From an uncultured archaeon (GTDB lineage Archaea > Asgardarchaeota > Hermodarchaeia > Hermodarchaeales > Hermodarchaeaceae): DNA of 64,000 nucleotides. Position numbers and translations under genes: made by a program. The notes beneath the pieces were generated by a model that saw nothing but the letters and a program-made list of their open reading frames with translations, searched no databases and was not told the DNA's origin. This document shows, in pieces, positions 20,461 to 30,456 of the stretch; position 1 is the stretch's first letter, and the number at the start of each line of letters is the position of its first letter. The stretch lies in assembly GCA_964347045.1 (NCBI GenBank), contig CAYFXC010000001.1, positions 187,256-251,255 of the forward strand, in the 5' to 3' direction.

Positions 20461-22708
20461 CATTAGGTGGGAACAAGCTATAAGACAGATCGCTCGGTTA
20501 CCGCTTGAAAAATCAATTAAGACCTATTTCAAAGAGAAAGGCATTACAACATTATATCCTCCTCAAGAAGCGGCTCTTAAAACCGGTGTCCTTGATGGAA
20601 AAAATGTGGTGTTAGCGATTCCGACCGCTTCTGGGAAAACGCTCATTGCTGAGTTATGTATGTTGAAAGCAATCGTTGAACGAGGAGGAAAGGCCTTGTA
20701 CCTTTGTCCACTCCGTGCACTAGCTTCGGAGAAGTTTGATGAGTTTCGTCCTTACTCTGGGCTTGGGGTGAATGTGGGTATTACTACCGGGGATTATGAT
20801 ACAATTGAAGAAAAATTCGGTGCTTATGATCTTCTCATCTGTACAAATGAACGCGCCGACTCGCTACTGCGGCATCGCGCAAAATGGATGTCAGACATCG
20901 CCATTGTTATTGCTGATGAGGTTCATCTAATTAACGATCCAAGTCGAGGTCCTACACTTGAAGTGGTACTCGCTAGATTACGGCAAATTGCCCCCAACGC
21001 CCAAATTCTTGCGCTTAGTGCGACTGTAGATAACGCTGATGAACTTGCTGAATGGCTTAAAGGTCAAGCCGTGGTTAGCGACTGGCGTCCCGTTTCTCTA
21101 CGTGAAGGTGTTTACTATGAGGGCAGTGTTTTTTTTGCTGAAGGTGACGAAGAAAGCTATACACCAGCAACCTCGTTTCCCATCGGTGATATCACTCGGC
21201 GAGTTCTCAAAAAGAAAGGCCAACTCCTCGCGTTTCTAAATACACGGCGGTCCGCAGTTCGAACCGCCCAAAAACTCATTTCAGTAACCGCACCACGCTT
21301 GAAACAACGTGAACAAAAACAGTTAGGAGACTTGGCTGAACGATTGCTCCAACTGGGAGAAGTCACCCAGGTTACAGATACACTTGCCCGACTTCTCCGA
21401 GCCGGAGTGGCGTTTCATCATGCAGGGCTACGTTATTCCGAACGCAAACTTATCGAAGAAGCATTTCGCAACAATCTAATCAAAGTAGTATGCGCCACTC
21501 CAACCTTAGCCAGTGGTGTCAATCTTCCAGCCCGTGTTGTGATTATCAGGGAATATCGGCGATATGATAGACTTGAGGGCTATCAACCAATTCCTGTGTT
21601 GGAATACAAACAAATGGCTGGGCGTGCTGGCAGACCAAAATACGATACAACGGGGACAGCCATTCTAATTTCTCGAAATGAGGGCGAACGCGATTTTCTC
21701 CTAGATTACTATACTCTCGGAACTCCTGAAAGTATCATTTCAAAACTGGCTACTGAATCTGCACTCCGAAGTCATGTGCTTTCAACGATTGCCATGAATT
21801 ATGCCTCAGATAAAGCTGGTATCATGGAGTTCATCAGGCAAACCTTCTTTGGGCATCAACGCGACCCCGATGAAGTCGAATATATGATTGATTTAATTGT
21901 GGATTTCCTCAAAGACGAAACTCTCCTTGAGCAACAAGGAAGGCGATTATTTGCCACTTCCTTTGGAAGGCGAGTATCCCAGCTTTACATTGATCCAAAA
22001 TCTGCGGTTGTAATTCGCGATGGCCTTGCAAGAGCAATCAAACAATTTGAGCACACCACAGACGTTTCTTTCCTACACCTAATCTGTCATACGCCTGATA
22101 TGGCAAACCTCTATCTTCGGCGTGGAGACGATGAGCGGTATCATGATTACGTCATCGAGCACATCGATGAATTTCTCACACCCATTCCTGATCCACGGTA
22201 TCATCGAGAGCGATATGAGTTCTTTTTAGCGGAAGTGAAAACCGCGCTTATGGTAAAAGCTTGGATCGAAGAACTCCCAGAAGATCAAATTGTGAATCAG
22301 TTTAAAATTGGGTCTGGTGACCTTCTTCGATTAGTAGATACGCAAAAGTGGTTGATATATGCATGTCATGAACTCGCACCCATTTTTGGGTATCGGAAAA
22401 TTGTTCCGGATCTTGAAGAATTGGAACTCCGTGTAAGGTATGGTGTAAGGCGGGAACTCACCGAGTTGGTTGAACTTCAGGGCATTGGCCGTGTCCGTGC
22501 CCGGTATCTCTTTCGTACTGGTTTTGTTTCAAAGAACCGAATACGCGATGCACCTTTAGACCAACTAGCGGCGGTTCCTACGATTGGGGCCCAAATTGCC
22601 ATGTCTATTAAACAACAATGTGGTGGGGCTATCAATCCAGAAGAAGAACAAGCGTTAAAGGACACACGGCGGCAAACTACAAGACAAACCCAATTAACAC
22701 TAGATTAG
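20453..22708 (+). CDS. hel308: Ski2-like DNA helicase Hel308/Hjm
   Basis: PTASGKT, DEVH, LSAT, FHHAGL, QMAGRAGRP, HhH GIGRVRAR. Confidence 0.94.
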   Translation: MPNIRWEQAIRQIARLPLEKSIKTYFKEKGITTLYPPQEAALKTGVLDGKNVVLAIPTASGKTLIAELCMLKAIVERGGKALYLCPLRALASEKFDEFRPYSGLGVNVGITTGDYDTIEEKFGAYDLLICTNERADSLLRHRAKWMSDIAIVIADEVHLINDPSRGPTLEVVLARLRQIAPNAQILALSATVDNADELAEWLKGQAVVSDWRPVSLREGVYYEGSVFFAEGDEESYTPATSFPIGDITRRVLKKKGQLLAFLNTRRSAVRTAQKLISVTAPRLKQREQKQLGDLAERLLQLGEVTQVTDTLARLLRAGVAFHHAGLRYSERKLIEEAFRNNLIKVVCATPTLASGVNLPARVVIIREYRRYDRLEGYQPIPVLEYKQMAGRAGRPKYDTTGTAILISRNEGERDFLLDYYTLGTPESIISKLATESALRSHVLSTIAMNYASDKAGIMEFIRQTFFGHQRDPDEVEYMIDLIVDFLKDETLLEQQGRRLFATSFGRRVSQLYIDPKSAVVIRDGLARAIKQFEHTTDVSFLHLICHTPDMANLYLRRGDDERYHDYVIEHIDEFLTPIPDPRYHRERYEFFLAEVKTALMVKAWIEELPEDQIVNQFKIGSGDLLRLVDTQKWLIYACHELAPIFGYRKIVPDLEELELRVRYGVRRELTELVELQGIGRVRARYLFRTGFVSKNRIRDAPLDQLAAVPTIGAQIAMSIKQQCGGAINPEEEQALKDTRRQTTRQTQLTLD

Positions 22709-22737
22709 CACGCCAAAGTAATTGTGAGGTTGCCATT

Positions 22738-23802
22738 TTGCCAACTGGTCTATTTTATCATACTGCCTTCCTTAAGCATGAAATGGGATTTAGCCATCCT
22801 GAACGCCCAGAACGCCTGACGGCCGTTATGAAATTCTTAGAAGAAAACCAAGCGTTCAAGAATGGACATATTGTATTACAAAAACCCTCTGCGGTCAACC
22901 TCGCTGATTTAGAACGAGTTCATCCGAAAGATTACATTGATTTTATTCATAACGCGTCAGATCGGGAGGCTCGAATAGACGCGGACACTCGGACATCCAA
23001 AGGCTCCTACAATGCTGCGATTTTAGCCGCAGGAACGGGCATTAAAGCTTGGGAAGAGATACAAACAGGTACTATCAATAATGCATTCGCCCTCGTGCGT
23101 CCTCCTGGGCATCATGCAAATGAACAATCTGCTCGTGGATTTTGTTTATTCAACAACGTTTCCGTACTTGCCCGCTATATCACAGCAACTGTTTCCGACA
23201 GTCGTGTACTAATTCTTGACATAGATGCCCACCACGGAAATGGTACCCAAGAGATTCACTATGCAGACTCTGACATCCTGTATCTTGGGCTTCATCAAGA
23301 TGGACGTACTTTGTATCCTGGATATTCTGGGTACATAGATGAACTTGGAGAAGGGAGGGGAAAAGGCTTTAATGTAAATCTTCCATTGCCGCCAGGAACA
23401 GCCGATCATTCATTTTTACAAGGCTTATCTATGCTTTTTCCTCCGATAGTTGAACAATTCCAACCCACTGCAATTCTTGTCTCTGCAGGATACGATGCAC
23501 ACTTCCGTGACTATCTCACTAACCTTCAATTCAGTGCCGATGCTTATCTCAAATCTGCGCAATTAGTCATGGAAACTGCTGAGAAACACTGCCAGGGCCG
23601 GGTGATTATGTTCTTAGAAGGCGGTTATGATTTACAAGCCCTAGCCGAATCAATATACAACACATTGATCGCAATGAGTGGTCAGGGAGCCCCGATTCAA
23701 GAAAAAGCTCCCTCCGAGGATTCTCGTATCTCCAAATATATGCACACCCTCCTCAAAGAAATCAAGACGCTTCTTAAACCGTGGTGGAAAATTCCTGAAT
23801 AA
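22738..23802 (+). CDS. Histone deacetylase family protein
   Basis: HPERPERL, RPPGHHA, GFCLFNN, DIDAHHGNGTQ, LEGGY. Confidence 0.94.
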   Translation: MPTGLFYHTAFLKHEMGFSHPERPERLTAVMKFLEENQAFKNGHIVLQKPSAVNLADLERVHPKDYIDFIHNASDREARIDADTRTSKGSYNAAILAAGTGIKAWEEIQTGTINNAFALVRPPGHHANEQSARGFCLFNNVSVLARYITATVSDSRVLILDIDAHHGNGTQEIHYADSDILYLGLHQDGRTLYPGYSGYIDELGEGRGKGFNVNLPLPPGTADHSFLQGLSMLFPPIVEQFQPTAILVSAGYDAHFRDYLTNLQFSADAYLKSAQLVMETAEKHCQGRVIMFLEGGYDLQALAESIYNTLIAMSGQGAPIQEKAPSEDSRISKYMHTLLKEIKTLLKPWWKIPE

Positions 23803-23820
23803 AATACTATTCGGAGTTAG

Positions 23821-23955
23821 TGGTGGGCCGGCCGCGATTTGAACGCGGGATCACCTGAAAGGGGATTACTACAAAAAATAGTAACCGCGCCCCAGGCAGG
23901 CATCATACCAATCTAGCCATAGGCAGTTGCCGGTCGGGATCTAGACCACCGGCCC
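23821..23955 (-). tRNA. tRNA-Pro(GGG) with two non-canonical introns (23911-23938 D-loop; 23858-23887 at 39/40)
   Basis: Cloverleaf restored after removing BHB-bounded inserts; CCTGC-CT-GGG-GC-GCAGG arm; CCA encoded. Confidence 0.88.
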
Positions 23956-24063
23956 ACAGGCTTGTCTTAAGAATCTACAAGTCCTTTTAATGTCTTTTCT
24001 TGGAAGGTGATTTCATTACAAGCTAGAAATTAACTTTAACTCAAAAATTTACAATCCGAATTA

Positions 24064-25071
24064 CTATTGGCTTTTGACGTGTTTATTCTCAAGATATCCA
24101 TTTTCATAATACCAGTGAATCGATTGGCTCAAACCGTCCTGCATGGTAGTTTTGGGAATCCAACCCAGTAGTTTTTTGGCTTTTGCATTTGAATATGAAC
24201 GTTCTTCATCCATACTTTGAACAGTTTGCATATGCCACAAGAACGTCGTTTTTCCACGATTTTTGAAAGGACTTAATATTCCTATTCCAAATTTTGCTAG
24301 AGCAGTGGGAACTTTTCTGTGAGGGGGTTCCACGCCAAGTTTGGCTCCTAGGAAGTTGAATAACTCATTATAGGTCATGCCTTCATCGGGACAAAGAATT
24401 ATTATTTGGTTTTTTGCAGCTTTAGATTCAATAGCCGCTAGTATTCCACTAATCACATCTTCGACATACGTGTACATGATGGTTTTTTGGCCATCACCAG
24501 GAAGCATTGGAATTTTTTGTTCATTAACCGCTTCAATGGTTTCAAAAACGGTGTAAAGTTCACCTTCTCCTATTACACCAGTTGGACGAAGAATAACATA
24601 TTCAAGTGTAGTTCCAACTGAAGCGGCCCTTACAATTTCTTCTGCTTTCACCTTACTTTTCGAATATTCAAATTGTGGGCGAAGGGGTGAATCCTCGGTT
24701 CCAGGAGGATTTTCAACGGGTCCAATCACTTCTGTTGTAGATATGTAGATGAATCGATTAACAGCTGCTCTTACACACGCATTAACCAAATTTTGTGTTC
24801 CTTCAACATTCACTCTGTAAAGGAGCTTCTTGTCTTTAGGGTAGAAATTAAAATACGCGGCCAGATGAATAACAACATCAATGTCTTGGACCGCGGTTTC
24901 TAATGAAAAATTATCAGTCATATCTCCATCGATAAGCCGGAGTTTTTTGGGCAGGCTTTTTACGTCACTAGTTTTTCTGACTAGAGCTGTTACATCATGT
25001 TTCTCTTTGATTAATCTTGTCACGAGTTTCCGTCCGATAAATCCTGTTGCACCTGTGACAAGAATCTTCAT
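24064..25071 (-). CDS. NAD-dependent epimerase/dehydratase (extended SDR)
   Basis: GATGFIG, HLAA, YSKSK. Confidence 0.9.
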   Translation of the reverse strand: MKILVTGATGFIGRKLVTRLIKEKHDVTALVRKTSDVKSLPKKLRLIDGDMTDNFSLETAVQDIDVVIHLAAYFNFYPKDKKLLYRVNVEGTQNLVNACVRAAVNRFIYISTTEVIGPVENPPGTEDSPLRPQFEYSKSKVKAEEIVRAASVGTTLEYVILRPTGVIGEGELYTVFETIEAVNEQKIPMLPGDGQKTIMYTYVEDVISGILAAIESKAAKNQIIILCPDEGMTYNELFNFLGAKLGVEPPHRKVPTALAKFGIGILSPFKNRGKTTFLWHMQTVQSMDEERSYSNAKAKKLLGWIPKTTMQDGLSQSIHWYYENGYLENKHVKSQ

Positions 25072-25101
25072 TGACCTTACCGTTACATATTCGTAACTAA
25101 C

Positions 25102-25668
25102 TTATTTTTCATCAAAAGTCTTCACAGTTAAATCCTCATAGATCGGTCCCTTGGGGGTTAGCGTACTTTTCTTTAGCTTTATGTCTTTGACTTGGAATTT
25201 TCCAAATTCCATATTAGCATTCTGTTGAACCAATTTTATAAGATGATCTCGATTCAAACCGCTTCGCACTCTCACTACAGTTAAATGTGGCGAATACTTG
25301 CGCTTCTCTGCTGGAAATCCTTGTAATCGAAGTTCTCGACCAAGAAATTTCTGATGTTGAATAAGTTGTTCTGCACCAGTTTTACACCCAATCCAAATTA
25401 CCCGCGGTCTTTGTGGACGAAAGCAACCCAAACCTACGAGTTCAACATCAAACTCAGTTCCCTTAACCTTTTGAAGAATGCCAGCTAATTCTGGTATTCG
25501 TTTTTCCTCAATATTTCCGAGAAAATGAAGTGTAAAATGCAGATTCTGTGGTTCGACAAGTTTCAGTTTTGCTCCACTTGATAGGAGGTCTTGCTGAATT
25601 TTTTGAATCTGTCGTATTACTTCTGAATCATTAACTTCTACTGCAATAAAACTCCGAATCTCAGTCAT
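25102..25668 (-). CDS. thpR: RNA 2',3'-cyclic phosphodiesterase (2H, ThpR/LigT)
   Basis: RSFIAV, two HxT motifs (HFTL, HLTV), STLTPKGPIY. Confidence 0.93.
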   Translation of the reverse strand: MTEIRSFIAVEVNDSEVIRQIQKIQQDLLSSGAKLKLVEPQNLHFTLHFLGNIEEKRIPELAGILQKVKGTEFDVELVGLGCFRPQRPRVIWIGCKTGAEQLIQHQKFLGRELRLQGFPAEKRKYSPHLTVVRVRSGLNRDHLIKLVQQNANMEFGKFQVKDIKLKKSTLTPKGPIYEDLTVKTFDEK

Positions 25669-25768
25669 CTTACATCAACACTTTGTTTTATCGATAAATC
25701 AGCAGGAAACTTTATATCATTCTCCATTACCAAAGGCGAACAGCTCGCTTCTGGGAGGCATTGATTGG

Positions 25769-26887
25769 TTGAAGACAAAAAAATCATCTCGTTCACGAAA
25801 ACCGCATACTGAAATTTCACGAACACCTGATGACAGGCTGACCCAACAAATCATTCCCGCCAAAGAAGTTGTTTTACGCCCTGCAGGTTATCCCCTTGAA
25901 GTTAATAGTGCTCCGGTAAATCCTTTACTTCGTATTCGGGATGAAAAGCTCTTTACCGCATATGCTGTTGACCAATGGCAAGGAATCCGAGTAAAACCAA
26001 CTGATTATTTATTTGATCAACTGCTCCTCCCTGATTTTGCCTTTGAAGTCGTTTCAGTTATTCCAACAGAAGCCCATATCGTTTCTGATACTAAGATTCG
26101 GCTTATTGAACCCCCTGAAGTATTCCCGACAAAGGGTCGTAAAATTAGTTTTAATGACGTTATTGGTCATGAAGAGGCAAAGGCAAAATGCCTTATTATT
26201 CAAAAATATATTGCTGACCCTTCTCGGTTCGCAGAATGGGCACCTCGACGAGTACTTTTCTATGGGCCTCCTGGTACAGGTAAAACAATGTTGGCCCGCG
26301 CGCTTGCTTGGGAGACGGAAACTGAATTTGCATATGTGAAGGCAACTTCACTAATTGGACAACATGTTGGCGCAGGAGCTGACAAGGTCAATAAGTTCTT
26401 TGAAGACATTGTTCGGAAGAAACCATGTATTGTGTTCATTGATGAGATTGACTCAATCGGGCTCGATCGTGGTTTCCAATCGGTCCGTGGTGATGTCACA
26501 GAAGTTGTGAATTCTCTCATCTCCCAGTTTGATTTAATTGAAGATCAAGAGGCCGTTGTTGTAATTGCAGCAACGAATAGTAGGGATTTCTTAGACCCTG
26601 CCCTACGAAGCCGATTCGAGGAAGAAATTATTTTTCCTCTACCCAATTTTAGTGACAGACTGAAAATTCTAAAGAAATATTCATCAAGTTTACCAATGCG
26701 TGTTGATGCAGATTTGGACTCTATTGCTCGACGTACAGAAGGCTATTCAGGGCGAGATTTGAAAGATCGTGTCTTGAAAGGAGCACTTCATCATGCCCTT
26801 TCAAAGGGGCTTTCGACTATCGATGAATCTACATTCCAACATGTAGAAATCCTTCACGACTCCAAGGATAAGCGCTTGTATAAGTAA
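25769..26887 (+). CDS. Archaeal AAA+ ATPase (COG1223-like)
   Basis: LRPAGYP N-domain, [28 protein letters not shown]. Confidence 0.88.
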   Translation: MKTKKSSRSRKPHTEISRTPDDRLTQQIIPAKEVVLRPAGYPLEVNSAPVNPLLRIRDEKLFTAYAVDQWQGIRVKPTDYLFDQLLLPDFAFEVVSVIPTEAHIVSDTKIRLIEPPEVFPTKGRKISFNDVIGHEEAKAKCLIIQKYIADPSRFAEWAPRRVLFYGPPGTGKTMLARALAWETETEFAYVKATSLIGQHVGAGADKVNKFFEDIVRKKPCIVFIDEIDSIGLDRGFQSVRGDVTEVVNSLISQFDLIEDQEAVVVIAATNSRDFLDPALRSRFEEEIIFPLPNFSDRLKILKKYSSSLPMRVDADLDSIARRTEGYSGRDLKDRVLKGALHHALSKGLSTIDESTFQHVEILHDSKDKRLYK

Positions 26888-26903
26888 TCCTACATTTTGA
26901 ATC

Positions 26904-27470
26904 GTGGTTATGTTGCCCGTGAAAAAAGCCGTAATTTTTTGTGGGATGCCGGGTTCAGGGAAATCCGTCGGCGTTACCATAGCGAAAGATCTTGGAATTC
27001 CTGTCTTTGTGATGGGTGATGTGGTTCGTGAAGAAGTGACTTGTCGGCACCTTCCTCACAATCCTCAGACGCTCGGACAAGTCATGATTGAACTCCGCGA
27101 GCAGTTTGGACCAGCGGTTATTGCAGAACGAATTATTGAAAAATTCCTAGACATATCTGAATCAGATGTGATAATTGACGGAGCAAGAAGTGAAGCGGAA
27201 ATCAAGGTGTTTCGAGAGACAATAAATCAAGTACTTGTCGTTGCGGTGCATGCTGCGCCACGCATTCGATTTGAACGCCTTCGTCAGCGTTGTCGTGAGG
27301 ATGATGCAATAACTCAAACTACATTTCATGAAAGAGATATTCGCGAACTCGATGTCGGATTAGGTCGGATAATTGCTCAGGCAGATATAATGATTGTTAA
27401 TGAAGGCGAATATGACGAACTCAAAGAAAATATACGCCAGGTTCTCACACAAATATTTGGTTTGGACTAA
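26904..27470 (+). CDS. UPF0200 P-loop kinase (dephospho-CoA kinase-like)
   Basis: GMPGSGKS, MGDVVREE, IDGARS, RDIREL. Confidence 0.85.
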   Translation: MVMLPVKKAVIFCGMPGSGKSVGVTIAKDLGIPVFVMGDVVREEVTCRHLPHNPQTLGQVMIELREQFGPAVIAERIIEKFLDISESDVIIDGARSEAEIKVFRETINQVLVVAVHAAPRIRFERLRQRCREDDAITQTTFHERDIRELDVGLGRIIAQADIMIVNEGEYDELKENIRQVLTQIFGLD

Positions 27471-27490
27471 ATAACGGGGGGGCACTACTA

Positions 27491-27928
27491 ATTATCTCAG
27501 TTAGATTATGGGCGGACATTAAACCAACTGAGAATATCCAAAAAGTCAAGATGGCTTTTAAAAACCTGTGTCCACCAGTAGTTTTTGAGACCAAACAAGA
27601 TCCTGAATTAGGGCTGGTTCTCATTGGAAAAGCCACTGGACCCGAATCGATTGCAATGTTTGCAAAGAAGTTTCGTGAACAACGCATTCTTGAAGCTGTC
27701 AGACAACAACTACTCAAATCAATTCAAGACAATACAGTAAAATTTGGGATACAACGGCAAGCAGCCGTCGTGAATCGGTTTCATCTTTGTGACATCAGTG
27801 ATTTTTCTGCGATGGGTCCAATACTGGTTGAAATTCAAGCAATCAACATTCAAGATGTAATTGATTATGTAACCCCTCCAACTGTTAAAGGTAAACCTCA
27901 GGTGCGTAATAATCTCCAACTCAAATGA
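27491..27928 (+). CDS. UPF0201/DUF54 RNA-binding protein (start upstream of ORF-track call, non-canonical)
   Basis: In-frame IISVRLWADIKPTENIQKV precedes MAFKNL; QRILEAVR, RQAA. Confidence 0.78.
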   Translation: MISVRLWADIKPTENIQKVKMAFKNLCPPVVFETKQDPELGLVLIGKATGPESIAMFAKKFREQRILEAVRQQLLKSIQDNTVKFGIQRQAAVVNRFHLCDISDFSAMGPILVEIQAINIQDVIDYVTPPTVKGKPQVRNNLQLK

Positions 27929-27941
27929 TGTTTTGGCTCCA

Positions 27942-28868
27942 TCAATTTGAAGGCGTGAGTTCTATGCAATCTAAATCCTTGGGTGCGAAACTTTCAGGAA
28001 AGATTGACTTTGCCTCTTTTTCATGTTCTTCGCTGGACGAATATCGAGGGCTAATGTGAACTAATGCAAGATGAGTAGCTTTCGCTTCAGCAGCTATTTG
28101 AGCTGCCTGTGCTGCCGTAGAGTGTAGGTATTTGATCGCATTCTCCAGATGAGATGTAATAAATGTCGCATCATGAATCAATAAGCTGGCATTCTTAGCT
28201 GCCTTAGCTAAACTCTCGTTTGGCGCGGTATCTCCTGAAAACACAATGATATGTCCTTTTCGCGTTGGTCCTAACACATCTTTAGGCGTGACAATCCTAC
28301 CTTCACAAGTTTCGATTGATTGTCCTTGATACAGACGTTTGCGAAGGGGGCCTGAGGGAACTCCAAGTTGTTGGGCTTTTTTAACATTGAATTTACCCGG
28401 AATGTCTGCCATTTGCAAAACGTATGAAAGGGACGGAATATTGTGAAGAGCAGGCAGACATTTTACACGGTACTGCTCTTGATCTGAAATAATTCCTTTC
28501 TTCACGTCCTTAATTGATAATTCGAAATCAACATGTGTGTGAGTTAATTCCAAGGTGGTTTCGATAAATTTCTTCATACCTGCTGGTCCATTGATTGTTA
28601 GGGCGTTGGTTCGTTTGAGCAAAACCATCGTCGAAATAAGTCCTGGTAGTCCCCAAACGTGATCCCCATGGAGATGTGAGATGAATATTTCTCTAATCCG
28701 CTGTGGGCTGAGACCTACTCGTTGTAATTGTAGTTGAGTTCCCTCACCACAATCGAAGAGCAAGAGTTTCCCCTGGAAATAAGTGGCGATTGCAGGTGGA
28801 GCTTGTGTTACTGAAGGAATACCTCCACCCACACCTAAGAAATGCACTCTTACAGTTTTTTTAGTCAT
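27942..28868 (-). CDS. rnz: Ribonuclease Z
   Basis: FDCGEGTQ, HLHGDH, SGDT, HDATF, HST, HISPRY. Confidence 0.95.
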   Translation of the reverse strand: MTKKTVRVHFLGVGGGIPSVTQAPPAIATYFQGKLLLFDCGEGTQLQLQRVGLSPQRIREIFISHLHGDHVWGLPGLISTMVLLKRTNALTINGPAGMKKFIETTLELTHTHVDFELSIKDVKKGIISDQEQYRVKCLPALHNIPSLSYVLQMADIPGKFNVKKAQQLGVPSGPLRKRLYQGQSIETCEGRIVTPKDVLGPTRKGHIIVFSGDTAPNESLAKAAKNASLLIHDATFITSHLENAIKYLHSTAAQAAQIAAEAKATHLALVHISPRYSSSEEHEKEAKSIFPESFAPKDLDCIELTPSN

Positions 28869-28869
28869 G

Positions 28870-29928
28870 TTATTTCCGCTCCAAAACAACAATGTGACGA
28901 TAGAGACTTCGATGAATGCGCATGGTATGGGTCTCTTTGATAATGAACCTATCAGAAGGTATTAGGTTCTCCTTGTAATATTCTAACGGCAAGGCAAGAC
29001 ATAGATATCCTCCTGGTTTCAGAACTTTGGCAAACGATGTCAAGCTTGCTACAATCAGATTGACAATTGCAGTTCCTTTTGTCGAACTCGATCGCCCGTA
29101 TGGTGGGTCGGTAGCGAGGGCGTCAAAACTTTCTTCTCGTATCGGTGGTTCCCGAGCGTCCGCCAAGCCTCCATAAAACGGTACTTCAAAATGAGCAAGA
29201 TTTTGTTGACTTCCTGCAACCATGGAAACATCAATATCTAGCCCAATTGGAATACACCCAATCTCGGCTGCCTCGAGAAGAAGACCTCCTGTTCCGCAAA
29301 AGGGATCGAGGAAATTGTTCCCAGGAGAAGCACGGCTTAGATTTACCAGAACTCGCGCTATTTTAGGGTGGATAGCACTGGGAACAAAAAAGGGTCGGAA
29401 GGGGCTTCGTCGCTGTGAAAAACCTTTTCGACCACGTGAAGCTAGGTGTGGTCCAAAAAAGAACTGATTTCCGTTTATCACTCCAAAAAATAATACGTCA
29501 GGGGAAGTTAAGGAAATCTCGATTTCCCCATTCATTGCCTTCCATATTTCAGAACCAATTTTCCCTTGTAGTTCGTCCACATTGAATTCAGACGCTTCTC
29601 GTCTAATTCGTGTGACCTTTACACCGAATCGACTTTTAGGGCGAATCAACTTGGTAAAATCCATCTTTTTGAGTGCTTGGAGAATCATAGTCTCTTCAGA
29701 AGTCGATTCGAACACCACAACACTTGCATGATTCACTAATCCTGCTCTTTGAACGGCAATTCGGGCCCCCTCCGAATCTACCTCCATCAATAGGATTCGT
29801 CTATCACGACTCTTAATTGAATACGAAAATCCCTCAGATTCTAATATTGCACAAAGTTCCGCCTGTGGTAGCGTTTCATGCTCACCTGACAAGATGAATA
29901 GACATAATTTTACCTCAGGCGGGGTCAC
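28870..29928 (-). CDS. tRNA (guanine10-N2) methyltransferase, THUMP + MTase (Trm11/TrmG10)
   Basis: LSGEH.TLP, DPFCGTGG, TDPPYGRSS, RIHRSLYR. Confidence 0.88.
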   Translation of the reverse strand: MTPPEVKLCLFILSGEHETLPQAELCAILESEGFSYSIKSRDRRILLMEVDSEGARIAVQRAGLVNHASVVVFESTSEETMILQALKKMDFTKLIRPKSRFGVKVTRIRREASEFNVDELQGKIGSEIWKAMNGEIEISLTSPDVLFFGVINGNQFFFGPHLASRGRKGFSQRRSPFRPFFVPSAIHPKIARVLVNLSRASPGNNFLDPFCGTGGLLLEAAEIGCIPIGLDIDVSMVAGSQQNLAHFEVPFYGGLADAREPPIREESFDALATDPPYGRSSSTKGTAIVNLIVASLTSFAKVLKPGGYLCLALPLEYYKENLIPSDRFIIKETHTMRIHRSLYRHIVVLERK

Positions 29929-30383
29929 AATAGGTCCTCCAAATTTAGTACCATAATTATTGCATCTTCTCCATTCTCGTAGTATTTACGGCTTCGCTTT
30001 GTTTCTCGGAAATTGTGCTTTTGATAGAAGGCTTTCGCACTATGGTTCGAAACTCTTACCTCTAAAACTAATTCTCTACAATTATGCGCTCTAAGAACAT
30101 CAATTAGCGCATGAAGTAGTTGCCGGCCAATTCCTCTACGGCGTTTTTTTCTTCTGACTGCGAGGGAAAGTAATTGGCCCCTATTGAATCCAGCTCTATG
30201 ATTAATTTCTCCAACGATATATCCAAGAAGGACAGTGTTTTCAACTGCAACTAAGAACAAAGCTGGCGCATAATCCGCTAGGTATTGAAAAAGATGGAGT
30301 GGGTAAGGGTCAGAAAAGGATTCGAACTCAATTTGCGCAATTTGCAATAAATCGGTTTTTTTAATTGGGCGAATTGATATCAT
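29925..30383 (-). CDS. rimI: N-terminal acetyltransferase Ard1/RimI
   Basis: RRRGIG, LEVRVSN..A..FY, YYENGEDA. Confidence 0.9.
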   Translation of the reverse strand: MISIRPIKKTDLLQIAQIEFESFSDPYPLHLFQYLADYAPALFLVAVENTVLLGYIVGEINHRAGFNRGQLLSLAVRRKKRRRGIGRQLLHALIDVLRAHNCRELVLEVRVSNHSAKAFYQKHNFRETKRSRKYYENGEDAIIMVLNLEDLL

Positions 30384-30456
30384 TACAAGAATTCCTTGCA
30401 GTGGATTGAAATATGTGTGAGGTTCTGGGTCTTATGAAGTGCTGAGGCGACTGTTC

